Shown: in pieces, positions 8,820 to 17,217 of the stretch
Position numbering within the stretch: position 1 is the first letter of the stretch
How the letters are laid out: each line of letters starts with the position of its first letter
Source of the DNA: an uncultured Candidatus Bathyarchaeia archaeon
Lineage (GTDB): Archaea; Thermoproteota; Bathyarchaeia; 40CM-2-53-6
Direction: 5' to 3'
Assembly (NCBI GenBank): GCA_964559555.1
Contig: CAZLHM010000002.1
Location: forward strand, 12,238-76,237
Length of the DNA: 64,000 bases
The notes under the pieces: generated by a model
Databases searched by the model: none
What the model was told of the DNA's origin: nothing
The model's input: the letters and a program-made list of their open reading frames with translations, nothing else
Translations under genes and position numbers: made by a program

Positions 8820-9354
8820 AAAATTAGAATTCATCACTCCGACGCTCATGTCAGTCTTGGAGCTCTTCCTGTCTGATCCCATGCGAGAGCACCATCAGAG
8901 GGAGGTGGCAAGAAGCGCCAAGGTGAGCGTGGGCTCTGCGAACAGGATACTCAAGCTACTGGCTGATCTGGATATGCTTGCCGGACAAAGGAGGGGCAGG
9001 ATGGTGTTCTACAAGCTGAACGCTGGGGACCCGGTCGTCAGGCAGTTCAAGGCGCTGCTGAATGTCTACTCTTTGAAGCCCTTGCTCCAAGCGGCAAGGC
9101 ACCATTCCAGAAGGATACTCCTGTTCGGAAGGTCAGCCCAAGGATCCGATGTGAAGGAAAGCGACATAGACCTCTTCGTTCTCACTTCGGACAAGGGGCC
9201 AGTCAGGAGCGAGATCAGCGGATCCAACAGGAAAAGCGAGAGGAAGATTGCTCCTGTAATCGTTGACGCGAACGAATTTGTCAGGCTCAAGAGAAACGAC
9301 AGGGCTCTCTATGAGAACATCGAAAGGGGGATCACACTGTGGCAGGCAGAATGA
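8812..9354 (+). CDS. wHTH-fused minimal nucleotidyltransferase (MNT antitoxin-like)
   Basis: HTH REVARSAKVSVGSANRIL; LFGRSAQGSDVKESDIDL motif. Start reassigned to ATG 8812. Confidence 0.85.
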   Translation: MFKKLEFITPTLMSVLELFLSDPMREHHQREVARSAKVSVGSANRILKLLADLDMLAGQRRGRMVFYKLNAGDPVVRQFKALLNVYSLKPLLQAARHHSRRILLFGRSAQGSDVKESDIDLFVLTSDKGPVRSEISGSNRKSERKIAPVIVDANEFVRLKRNDRALYENIERGITLWQAE

Positions 9355-9467
9355 GCTCGGAGCTTGCCAAGCTGCTGGAGCAAAGAAAGCTGTTCAGATC
9401 CAGAATCTCTCGGGAGATGATTCAGAAGGAAACCAAAGCGGCTGAAAAGGACTTGCAGGATGCGCGC
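9351..9467 (+). pseudogene. Truncated HEPN toxin (N-terminal helix only)
   Basis: ATGA-coupled to the MNT. SREMIQKETKAAEKDLQDAR resembles HEPN helix 1, after which the frame runs into the 3' end of the opposite-strand kinase. Confidence 0.65.
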
Positions 9468-9477
9468 TGCCCCTTGT

Positions 9478-12400
9478 TCACTGATTGGCAGAGAACTCCA
9501 TCCTGCGCAGCTCTTGTGATATGATGGGAATTCTCACGGTGAACGTCGATCCCTCTCCGAATGTACTTTTCGCATGAATCGAGCCACCGTGCGCTTCCAC
9601 TATGCGCTTGCTGATCGCGAGTCCGAATCCCATTCCTTTCGCCTTTGTTGTGAATAGCGGTGTCCAAAGCTTCGCTAGGGTCTCATTCGTCATGCCGATT
9701 CCCGTGTCAGCGAACGATATCTCTACTTGTCCGTCTGCCTCTCTGCTTGATATCGCGAGCGATCCGCCTTCGGGCATTGCTTCTATGGCATTCTTGATGA
9801 TATTGAGAAGCGCTCTTCGGATCTTCTCTCGATCAGCCACCAGTTTGGGGGAAGGCTTGCTCGAGTCATCTATCTGCACGTTCGATGGAACTTGGACGAG
9901 AGGTAGTGATTGCTGTACCATTGACTTGGGACTGGTCAGGGCAAGATGCAGGTGTATCTCTGCAGAGTATTCCAGGAGGTCGGTGATGACCTTATCAGAA
10001 TACTCGATGCAGTCGTCAATGACCCTTAGAGATTCCGTGATCTGTTCACCGTTCCTTGCGCCCAGTCTCGTCTTGAGTAGGTACGCTGCGCTCGCGATCC
10101 CTTGAAGTGGATTCCTGAGGTCGTGACCCACCATGGCTGCTGTTGTGCCGATCGCGGCGAGGCGTTCAGACTTGAGGAGTGCCTCTTCCATACGTTTGCG
10201 GTCGGTAATGTCCATGACAATTCCTCTCAGGCCGACAGCCTTGCCTTCGCGTAGAATGGGTGCAGCGTGCACGATTACTGGGAATGTGCTGCCGTTCTTT
10301 CTCTTGATCGTGTATTCGCTGCCGCTCACCTTCTCTCCCCTTAACAGCTTACGAATATTCTCTCTGGCCCTTTCATGATGTTCCGATGGAAACATCATGA
10401 ATGCGTTCGATCCCTCGTGGAGTTCCTTCTCAGTATAGCCGGTAGCCTCAGAGGCGATGCGGTTCACGAAGGCGATATTGCCCTCGGTATCAATCTCAAA
10501 CACGATCTGCGGCAGAAGGTCAGCCAATTCCCTGAATCTTCGTTCGCTCTCTGATAGTTCAAGGGTTCTTTCTGCAACGACTTGCTCCAAGTTTGATGAG
10601 TAGGCTCTCAGTTCCTGAGCGTGACGTTGTCTCTGCTCAAGGAGTCGCGCATTCTCGACAGCAATGGCAGCGTGATTGGCAAACAGACTCAACAACTCCA
10701 AGTCTGATTGCGTGAAGTGCTGTGACTCAGAGTAGTCGAGTACGTGGATCACTCCGGTGACTTGGCTCTGCCAGATCATGGGCACTGTGAGGACGGCTCG
10801 GAAGGGGTGCTCTTCCTCGTAGGCGATGGCTCGACCGGACCAAGTGCGATAGTCGTCGATGATCAATGGTTCTCCGGCTTCGGCCACAATCCCTGCTGCC
10901 CCCTCTCCGTACTTCAGCACAGTTCCAATGTAGTCACGAGGGGTCATGTAGCTGACAACGCAGCGAACCTCGCGTTTCTTGGGATCGCATAGATACATCC
11001 CCCCACTAGGCGCGTCAAGCAACCGAGCTGCTCGTTCGACGATCGCTTGAAGCAATGACGGTAGATCGTGTCGGCGCGTGATCTCGAGGACGGTCGCTTG
11101 AAGAGCGCTCAACTCTTCAGCTCGTGAGTGCAGTCTGTCACTCATGAGCTTACGCTCTAGGGCGTTTCCGAGAATTCCAGATGAAAACCGGAGAAGCGAG
11201 TAGTCATCCTCACTCCACCTTCTGGCCCCAACAATGTTGTCAAAACCTATGAATCCGGCCAGCTCTCCACCTACCCCGACGGGTAGTACCAGGAGCGATT
11301 TGACGTCTTGGCTCTCCAGAACACTTTTCTCAGCTGCTGCCTCGAGAGGTAGCTTTGAGACATCCTCGACGTGTATGACTTCACCCTTGCGAAGTCTTGT
11401 CATCCACCACGAGAACGTCTCACAGGGTAGATTCTGAAGATTCTCGATCTGCGGACTCACTCCGTCCGCACACCACTCATGCGTGTTGCTCATCTTGTTT
11501 CCGTCTTCGGAAAGCATGAAGACGTAGACGCGACCAGCTCCACTAAGCCTGCCCATGTCACGCAAAGATTCCTTGATGGACTCATCGATGTCGGATGCGC
11601 CCACAAATCTGGACGAGATCGTGGCAATGGTCCTTTCAAAATCGTACCTGCATGCGAGAGAGTGCTCAACCCGCTTACGTTCAGTGATATCTAGAATGAT
11701 CGCTTGGAAGCCCACGGTCTTGCCCTCCACTCTGAGTCTTGTCGGCTTTGAATAGAGGTGAAGAACACGCCCGTCTTTGTGTATCGCTCTGAACTCCAGA
11801 TCTCCGGTCTCTCTTGTTGAAGAAGCAGCTCGAAGGAAGAGTTCCATCACTCTTGTCGCATCCTCAGTGTGCAGGAAGCTCTTGAACTGGAGACCCAACA
11901 GTTCGAGAACTGAATACCCCAGCATCTTGGCGAATGCTTGATTCACATAGGTGAACTTGCCTTCCGTGTCTGTAAGCGCGATCGGTGCAGCGGTCTCTTG
12001 GACTAGGCTCCGAAACCTCTCTTCGCGTTCTCGTAAAACCCGATCAGTCTGCTTACGCCTAGTCATGTCACGCGCAACATAGAAGCTTCCAATCTGCCGT
12101 CTGCCCTCATGGAGGAGTCCGCCGCGAATCTCAAGGTTGATTCTGCCTCCAGTCTTGGTCTGGATCTCCAACTCAAGTCGCTTCACGCGCTGCCCACGAG
12201 AGATCCTCTGCAACTCGTTCTCGACAGTGGTTCGAGCTTTGGGAACCACGAAGTCCACTGGATTGCGGCCGATCAGGTCCTTGATGGTATATCCCGTCGC
12301 CTTGCATGTTGCCGGATTCACGGCGACTATTCTGTTTGAGCGGTCGAGAGCGAAGAAGAGGTCGCTGGCTTGTTCGAAATATGTGCGAAGGCGCCGATCA

Positions 12401-12690
12401 CTTCGCACTTGCTCCACGAGTTTCTTCCGGGTTCGATCAGAGCTCACCTGACGACGCTCGCGCGGCTTTGGAATGCTTCGTACGTGCTGTGATGAATCGG
12501 GGCTTCTGCGACGTTCCAATAGAGCCTCGACAGTAGCCCTCTTTCCGCTCGGAGTCCTAGTCATTTCTAGTTCCCGAGCAAGGCCTGATGCCAACCAATC
12601 TGCGAGTACAGCTCTGATCCCGCCCAGTACGGCTGCGCAAGGAAAAGATATGGGTCTGCTGTCACTCGCAGGTTTTCGGTTGAGAGACAA
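9478..12690 (-). CDS. PAS-PAS-GAF-GAF-PAS sensor histidine kinase
   Basis: GHDLRNPL H-box, NIIKNAIEAM, DTGIGM and GMGFGL boxes; repeated PAS DITxRK ends. The true start may be downstream (~12564). Confidence 0.92.
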   Translation of the reverse strand: MSLNRKPASDSRPISFPCAAVLGGIRAVLADWLASGLARELEMTRTPSGKRATVEALLERRRSPDSSQHVRSIPKPRERRQVSSDRTRKKLVEQVRSDRRLRTYFEQASDLFFALDRSNRIVAVNPATCKATGYTIKDLIGRNPVDFVVPKARTTVENELQRISRGQRVKRLELEIQTKTGGRINLEIRGGLLHEGRRQIGSFYVARDMTRRKQTDRVLREREERFRSLVQETAAPIALTDTEGKFTYVNQAFAKMLGYSVLELLGLQFKSFLHTEDATRVMELFLRAASSTRETGDLEFRAIHKDGRVLHLYSKPTRLRVEGKTVGFQAIILDITERKRVEHSLACRYDFERTIATISSRFVGASDIDESIKESLRDMGRLSGAGRVYVFMLSEDGNKMSNTHEWCADGVSPQIENLQNLPCETFSWWMTRLRKGEVIHVEDVSKLPLEAAAEKSVLESQDVKSLLVLPVGVGGELAGFIGFDNIVGARRWSEDDYSLLRFSSGILGNALERKLMSDRLHSRAEELSALQATVLEITRRHDLPSLLQAIVERAARLLDAPSGGMYLCDPKKREVRCVVSYMTPRDYIGTVLKYGEGAAGIVAEAGEPLIIDDYRTWSGRAIAYEEEHPFRAVLTVPMIWQSQVTGVIHVLDYSESQHFTQSDLELLSLFANHAAIAVENARLLEQRQRHAQELRAYSSNLEQVVAERTLELSESERRFRELADLLPQIVFEIDTEGNIAFVNRIASEATGYTEKELHEGSNAFMMFPSEHHERARENIRKLLRGEKVSGSEYTIKRKNGSTFPVIVHAAPILREGKAVGLRGIVMDITDRKRMEEALLKSERLAAIGTTAAMVGHDLRNPLQGIASAAYLLKTRLGARNGEQITESLRVIDDCIEYSDKVITDLLEYSAEIHLHLALTSPKSMVQQSLPLVQVPSNVQIDDSSKPSPKLVADREKIRRALLNIIKNAIEAMPEGGSLAISSREADGQVEISFADTGIGMTNETLAKLWTPLFTTKAKGMGFGLAISKRIVEAHGGSIHAKSTFGEGSTFTVRIPIISQELRRMEFSANQ

Positions 12691-12741
12691 TACAGATCCG
12701 CGAGAGGATCTGTGCGCTTACGTGTGACGTTGCGCCGACAG

Positions 12742-14157
12742 TTACTGCCTAGTGTCTATCACAGATCTTGAAGCGCGTGCACCCTGCATATTCTTCTCAA
12801 CAGCAGACTCTATGTATCTGCCAGCGCGCCGTTGGACTTGATTAGCGACCTCCTTCATATCGAAGGTCTTGATTTTCCTGTCCTCGACGACAACCTTCCC
12901 GTGAACGATGACTGTGTGCACAGATGATCCTGAAGCCGCCGTCACTAGGTTCGGCAACAATGAGCACTCGTACATGGGGATCCAGTCAACATTGTTCAGG
13001 TCAAAGAGAACCAAGTCAGCCAGCTTGCCCTTCGTTATCGTGCCGAGGTCATTTCTCATTCCCATCGCCTCAGCACCATTGATTGTTGCCATCTCAACGA
13101 TCTTCTCAAAAGGAAACAGTGAGGAGTCCATCCACACGTCTCTATGAATCAGGACGGCAAACATCACCCTCAGGAGATCGGTTGTGTCGAGCTCATCTGT
13201 TCCGAGGGCGATGTTCACTCCCATCTTGTACATTCTGACTATGTTGCCTTTGGAGAGGATGCCTTTGCCGTTGATTGTGGTCGAGGTGGGACAATGGGAA
13301 ACGTTTGCTCCTCTAGAGGCAACCAGCTGCATCTCGTTCTCTGAGAGCCAACCCATGTGAGCAGCTGTCAATCGTTTGCAGAGCACGCCTATCTTGTCGA
13401 GATACTCTATGTCCCGAACGTCGTGAAGTTTCACGGTCTTCTCCAGAAGTTCGCCGTGAACTCCTGCATGAGTATGCAGCGTTCCATCCAGTTCGTCCAC
13501 GATTCTTCTCGCTTCCTTTCCCAACTCTTCAGTGCTTGTTGGGACTTGCATCAGGCAGAGTCCTGCCCTGACTCGATCCAAGTAACCATTGTATGCCTTG
13601 ACGAAGTCGCGGCCGTTCCTGATCGCTTTCTCTGTGCTCTCTCTATGCTTCGGAGAGAAACCTCCTTCACCTAACGCCTGATCGTACACGTCCATTGTTA
13701 TCCGGTTCAGGTTTGCCCTCACGCCGCTCTTCTCCACGGCATCTACAGCTTTCTTCTCAAAACCTGGGAGCGGACCAGAATCCACAATCGTGGTTGTCCC
13801 AGTCAGAAGTCGGGTGCCGATGCTGAACATCGCAGAGTAGTAGAAGTCCTCCTCGTCGATGAGGTCAAAGTACCATGCGAAGTACTCTCTGAGCCAACCC
13901 ATCCACTTTGGAGGAATGAGTCCTCTCAGGTAGGCTGCGTCTAAGTGCATGTGAGTGTCAATAAAGCCCGGCATCACGAGCCTTCGTTTTCCATCTATCA
14001 CGAGATCCGCCGAGCGATACTCCGGAGCTAGGTCATCGGTCTTTCCAACATCAACTATCCGGGATCCGTCAATGGCCACACAGCCATCCCATATGACGCC
14101 TGCGCTGGGATCGTTTGTGTACACAACGGCGTTCTTCACGAGAGTGATCATAGACAC
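12742..14157 (-). CDS. Amidohydrolase, MtaD/AtzA-like (atypical)
   Basis: PGFIDTHMH, AAHMGW, HCPTS, ALGTD, ATINGA and GKLADL motifs. Confidence 0.85.
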   Translation of the reverse strand: MSMITLVKNAVVYTNDPSAGVIWDGCVAIDGSRIVDVGKTDDLAPEYRSADLVIDGKRRLVMPGFIDTHMHLDAAYLRGLIPPKWMGWLREYFAWYFDLIDEEDFYYSAMFSIGTRLLTGTTTIVDSGPLPGFEKKAVDAVEKSGVRANLNRITMDVYDQALGEGGFSPKHRESTEKAIRNGRDFVKAYNGYLDRVRAGLCLMQVPTSTEELGKEARRIVDELDGTLHTHAGVHGELLEKTVKLHDVRDIEYLDKIGVLCKRLTAAHMGWLSENEMQLVASRGANVSHCPTSTTINGKGILSKGNIVRMYKMGVNIALGTDELDTTDLLRVMFAVLIHRDVWMDSSLFPFEKIVEMATINGAEAMGMRNDLGTITKGKLADLVLFDLNNVDWIPMYECSLLPNLVTAASGSSVHTVIVHGKVVVEDRKIKTFDMKEVANQVQRRAGRYIESAVEKNMQGARASRSVIDTRQ

Positions 14158-15614
14158 TTCACAAACCTACCGAATCCGGGCCCTACCTGAAGGTTATCAT
14201 CTGACATCACGACCTTTCCCCTGAGCAGCGTCATGCTCGGCCATCCCTTGCCCTTCATGTTCTCGAACAGAGTGAAGTCGCCGTATGAACGCAACCAATC
14301 GGTGGTGATCTTGCCCTCTCTATCTTGGTCTATAATGGCTAGGTCTGCGTCGGAGCCGACACTGATCGTTCCCTTCTCCGGGAACAAGCCAACTATCTTA
14401 GCTGGGTTCGTGGAGACCAGCTCAGCCAACCTCTCGAGCGACAGGCCTCTCCTTCGGAATCCTTCCCAAAACATCGTGATCAGCATGGTCTGACTGCCTG
14501 TGCTGCCGGAGCCAGTGTACCATATGTTCGAAGCTGGGTCTCCGCCTGAGGATCCATCTCCCCAAACCAACTTCTCATACTTGCTGCTGACCACGTGATC
14601 TGTACCTATCGAATCAATGCAGCCATCCACTATTCCTGCCCACAGTGCCTCTCTGTCCGACTCGTGCCGTAGAGGTGGGTTCAGCTTGCCGAGATAGCCT
14701 GCCCGAGCCGGATCAATCATTAGATATTGCGGGCAGACCTCAACAGTCAGTCTGGCTCCATCTCTTCTTGCGGCCACGACTTGCTCGAGACCTTCCTTCG
14801 ATGTCAAGTGGACAATGTGAATTCGTGACCCCACAATCCTCGACAGAAACGAGTATCTTTGCACATGTTCGGCTTCAAGGAATCCAGGCAGGGTTTCGCT
14901 CCACGCCTCAGGGTCAGTTCTCCCGGATGCCTTCACGCGTTCGGCAAACAGTCTGGAGATCTCAGTGTTTTCGCAGTGAATCAGCAGAACGGCTTTGTTA
15001 GTCTTCGCGACGTTCTCCAATGCCCGGAAAGCTAGGCGATCATCGTAGGACACCGGGAGCGCCATTCGTCGAGCCCATCTTGCTCCCATCGGATGATCTG
15101 CCACGTTCTTCAAGTTCCCATGATACTTGAAGGCAGAAACACCGAGCTTCTCAACGTAGTCAGGTATCTCTTCGGCGTGTTGCATCGAGTTGAGGGTGAA
15201 GATGAAGAGGAAATCGCAGCTCGAGTTCTGCTCCGCTGCTGTCCTACCCGATTCGAAGGCATCAAACCAAGACACGACATCAGCGGGGTCTGTATCCTCT
15301 TTGAAAGGTTGGCCCATCCTAGGGGCTCGGACTATGCCACCGATAGTTGTGACGCCACCAAGCAGGGCGCCAGGTGTCTCCGTTCTGAAGTCGTCGCCTA
15401 ACGCATGTTTTCCTCCGGGATGTGTGTGAATATCTATGGCTCCGGGAAGAACGAGTTTTCCCTTGAGATCTATCACATCGCTGGCGGTGGGCAGATGCGC
15501 GTCCTTCGCAACTGCTGTTATCTTGCCTTCTTCAATACCAACCCCGCCATGAACTACGCCAAAGGGAGTTACGAGTTCTCCATTCTTCAGAACAAGGTCG
15601 ATCAGTTGAGGCAT
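14148..15614 (-). CDS. Cyclic amidohydrolase (dihydropyrimidinase/allantoinase family)
   Basis: IDIHTH, AFK, IHCEN, IVHLTS, EVCPQYL, NPPLR and GTDH motifs. Confidence 0.88.
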   Translation of the reverse strand: MPQLIDLVLKNGELVTPFGVVHGGVGIEEGKITAVAKDAHLPTASDVIDLKGKLVLPGAIDIHTHPGGKHALGDDFRTETPGALLGGVTTIGGIVRAPRMGQPFKEDTDPADVVSWFDAFESGRTAAEQNSSCDFLFIFTLNSMQHAEEIPDYVEKLGVSAFKYHGNLKNVADHPMGARWARRMALPVSYDDRLAFRALENVAKTNKAVLLIHCENTEISRLFAERVKASGRTDPEAWSETLPGFLEAEHVQRYSFLSRIVGSRIHIVHLTSKEGLEQVVAARRDGARLTVEVCPQYLMIDPARAGYLGKLNPPLRHESDREALWAGIVDGCIDSIGTDHVVSSKYEKLVWGDGSSGGDPASNIWYTGSGSTGSQTMLITMFWEGFRRRGLSLERLAELVSTNPAKIVGLFPEKGTISVGSDADLAIIDQDREGKITTDWLRSYGDFTLFENMKGKGWPSMTLLRGKVVMSDDNLQVGPGFGRFVKCL

Positions 15615-15760
15615 TCCCCTTCTGCTTCGAATCAGAGTCTGGCCTACGGAGGCTGCAAATAAAGCCTCATCATTCTTCGAGCAGACGCTTCAACTTCTAG
15701 GCGTGCTGTGACTAGAGAGCCTCTGTTGCATGAATTCCCTCAGGACGTGCTCGCCGCACG

Positions 15761-16237
15761 TTAGCTCGACTGGATCTCTCTCAACTTCTGACTTGCCTTG
15801 AGGACTGCGTTAGTCGCGGCATAGTAGGTGCCGCACCTGCATAGGTTTCCCGCCAGAGCCTCCTGTACGTCTTCGCGGCTCGGCTTAGGTTTCTCTTTCA
15901 GCAGTGCGTAGGCGGACAGGATCATGCCAGGCGTGCAGTAGCCGCAATGGGCGGCGTCCTCTTCGATGAACGCCTCCTGAATCGGGTGAAGCTTGTCATC
16001 CTCCACAAGCCCTTCAATCGTGAGAACATCAGATCCGTCTACCTCTGCAGTGAACACCAAGCATGAATTCACCGCTCTCCCGTCCAAGAGAACCGTGCAC
16101 GCACCACAGTCTCCTGTCCTGCAGACATCTTTGCTTCCAGTGAGTCCTAGTCTCGTTCTAAGGGTGTCAAGCAGAACCTCGTTCGGTGGCACATCTAAGG
16201 AGATCGAATCGCCATTGACGCTCATCTGGACGTTCAT
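15761..16237 (-). CDS. Molybdenum hydroxylase small 2Fe-2S subunit (CoxS/CutS type)
   Basis: CRTGDCGACTV, HCGYCTPG and NLCRCGTY; start reassigned to ATG 16237. Confidence 0.93.
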   Translation of the reverse strand: MNVQMSVNGDSISLDVPPNEVLLDTLRTRLGLTGSKDVCRTGDCGACTVLLDGRAVNSCLVFTAEVDGSDVLTIEGLVEDDKLHPIQEAFIEEDAAHCGYCTPGMILSAYALLKEKPKPSREDVQEALAGNLCRCGTYYAATNAVLKASQKLREIQSS

Positions 16238-16238
16238 G

Positions 16239-17111
16239 TCAACCACCGCGAGCTCTCTCAAGCGCTCGGGCGAAAGCAGACCTGACAAGCGCTTTCACCG
16301 CGCTCTTTCTGTATTCTGCTGTGGCTCTCACATCAGTTACGGGGACGGCTTCGTCCGAAGCCATTGAAGCCACCGAGTCAAGAAGGGCTGCACTAGGTTC
16401 CTTTCCACTCAACATCTTCTCAGCTTGAAGCGCTCTCATGGGCATGGGAGCGACGCTGCCGAGAGCTATTCGCCCTTCAGAGATCTTGGATCCCGAGATC
16501 TTTAGCAGGACAGCCGCAGAAGCAACGGATATGTCCTCTCCGTTCGTTCGACCGAGTTTCTCGAATGATGAGCCGCCCTCTTGAGGGCGGAATGCAACTT
16601 CCTTCAGCACCTCAGCCTTTTCTAGCGCTGTCTTTCCCGGACCTAGAAAGAAATCCTTCAAGGGGATTGTCCTGCCCGTTCCTTGCCGGATTGTCTCAAC
16701 TGAAGCGTTCAACACGAGAAGAGGGGGAGCTGAGTCGGCCGCAGGACTTGCGTTGCATAGGTTTCCTCCGATTGTAGCTCGATTCCTTATCTGGACTGAT
16801 CCGATCTGTGAGAGAGCCTCATGGAGGCAAGGTGCTCTTGTGCAAACCAACTCTGATCTCTGTGCGTCGATGATCTTGGTCAGAGCCCCGATTCTAACTA
16901 ATCCGTCCTTGATCGTTACGTAGCTCAGTTCCTTTCCAAGGTTTCTCAAGGAGACGACGTTCGCAGGTCTGAATCCCTTCAGTCTCGCTGCTGGAATGAA
17001 ATCCGTGCCCCCCGCGATAAGACTGGGCGAATCAAGTCTTCCTAGTAGGTTCAGCAATTCTGGAATCGTGTCTGGAGCGTAGTAGTCGAACGCTGGTACG
17101 GTGGCTCTCAT
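16239..17111 (-). CDS. Molybdenum hydroxylase FAD subunit (CoxM/CutM type)
   Basis: IAGGTD, QIRNRATIGGNLCNASPAAD and DVRATAEYR. Confidence 0.93.
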   Translation of the reverse strand: MRATVPAFDYYAPDTIPELLNLLGRLDSPSLIAGGTDFIPAARLKGFRPANVVSLRNLGKELSYVTIKDGLVRIGALTKIIDAQRSELVCTRAPCLHEALSQIGSVQIRNRATIGGNLCNASPAADSAPPLLVLNASVETIRQGTGRTIPLKDFFLGPGKTALEKAEVLKEVAFRPQEGGSSFEKLGRTNGEDISVASAAVLLKISGSKISEGRIALGSVAPMPMRALQAEKMLSGKEPSAALLDSVASMASDEAVPVTDVRATAEYRKSAVKALVRSAFARALERARGG

Positions 17112-17217
17112 GCAGCGTGAGGGGTTTTGTGGGCGCTATTAAGCCTTTGATTCGATGCGACCAGTGATCAGGTACTGTAAATTCTCTTATAGTCGATGAC
17201 GACGAAGTGGACGCGCC

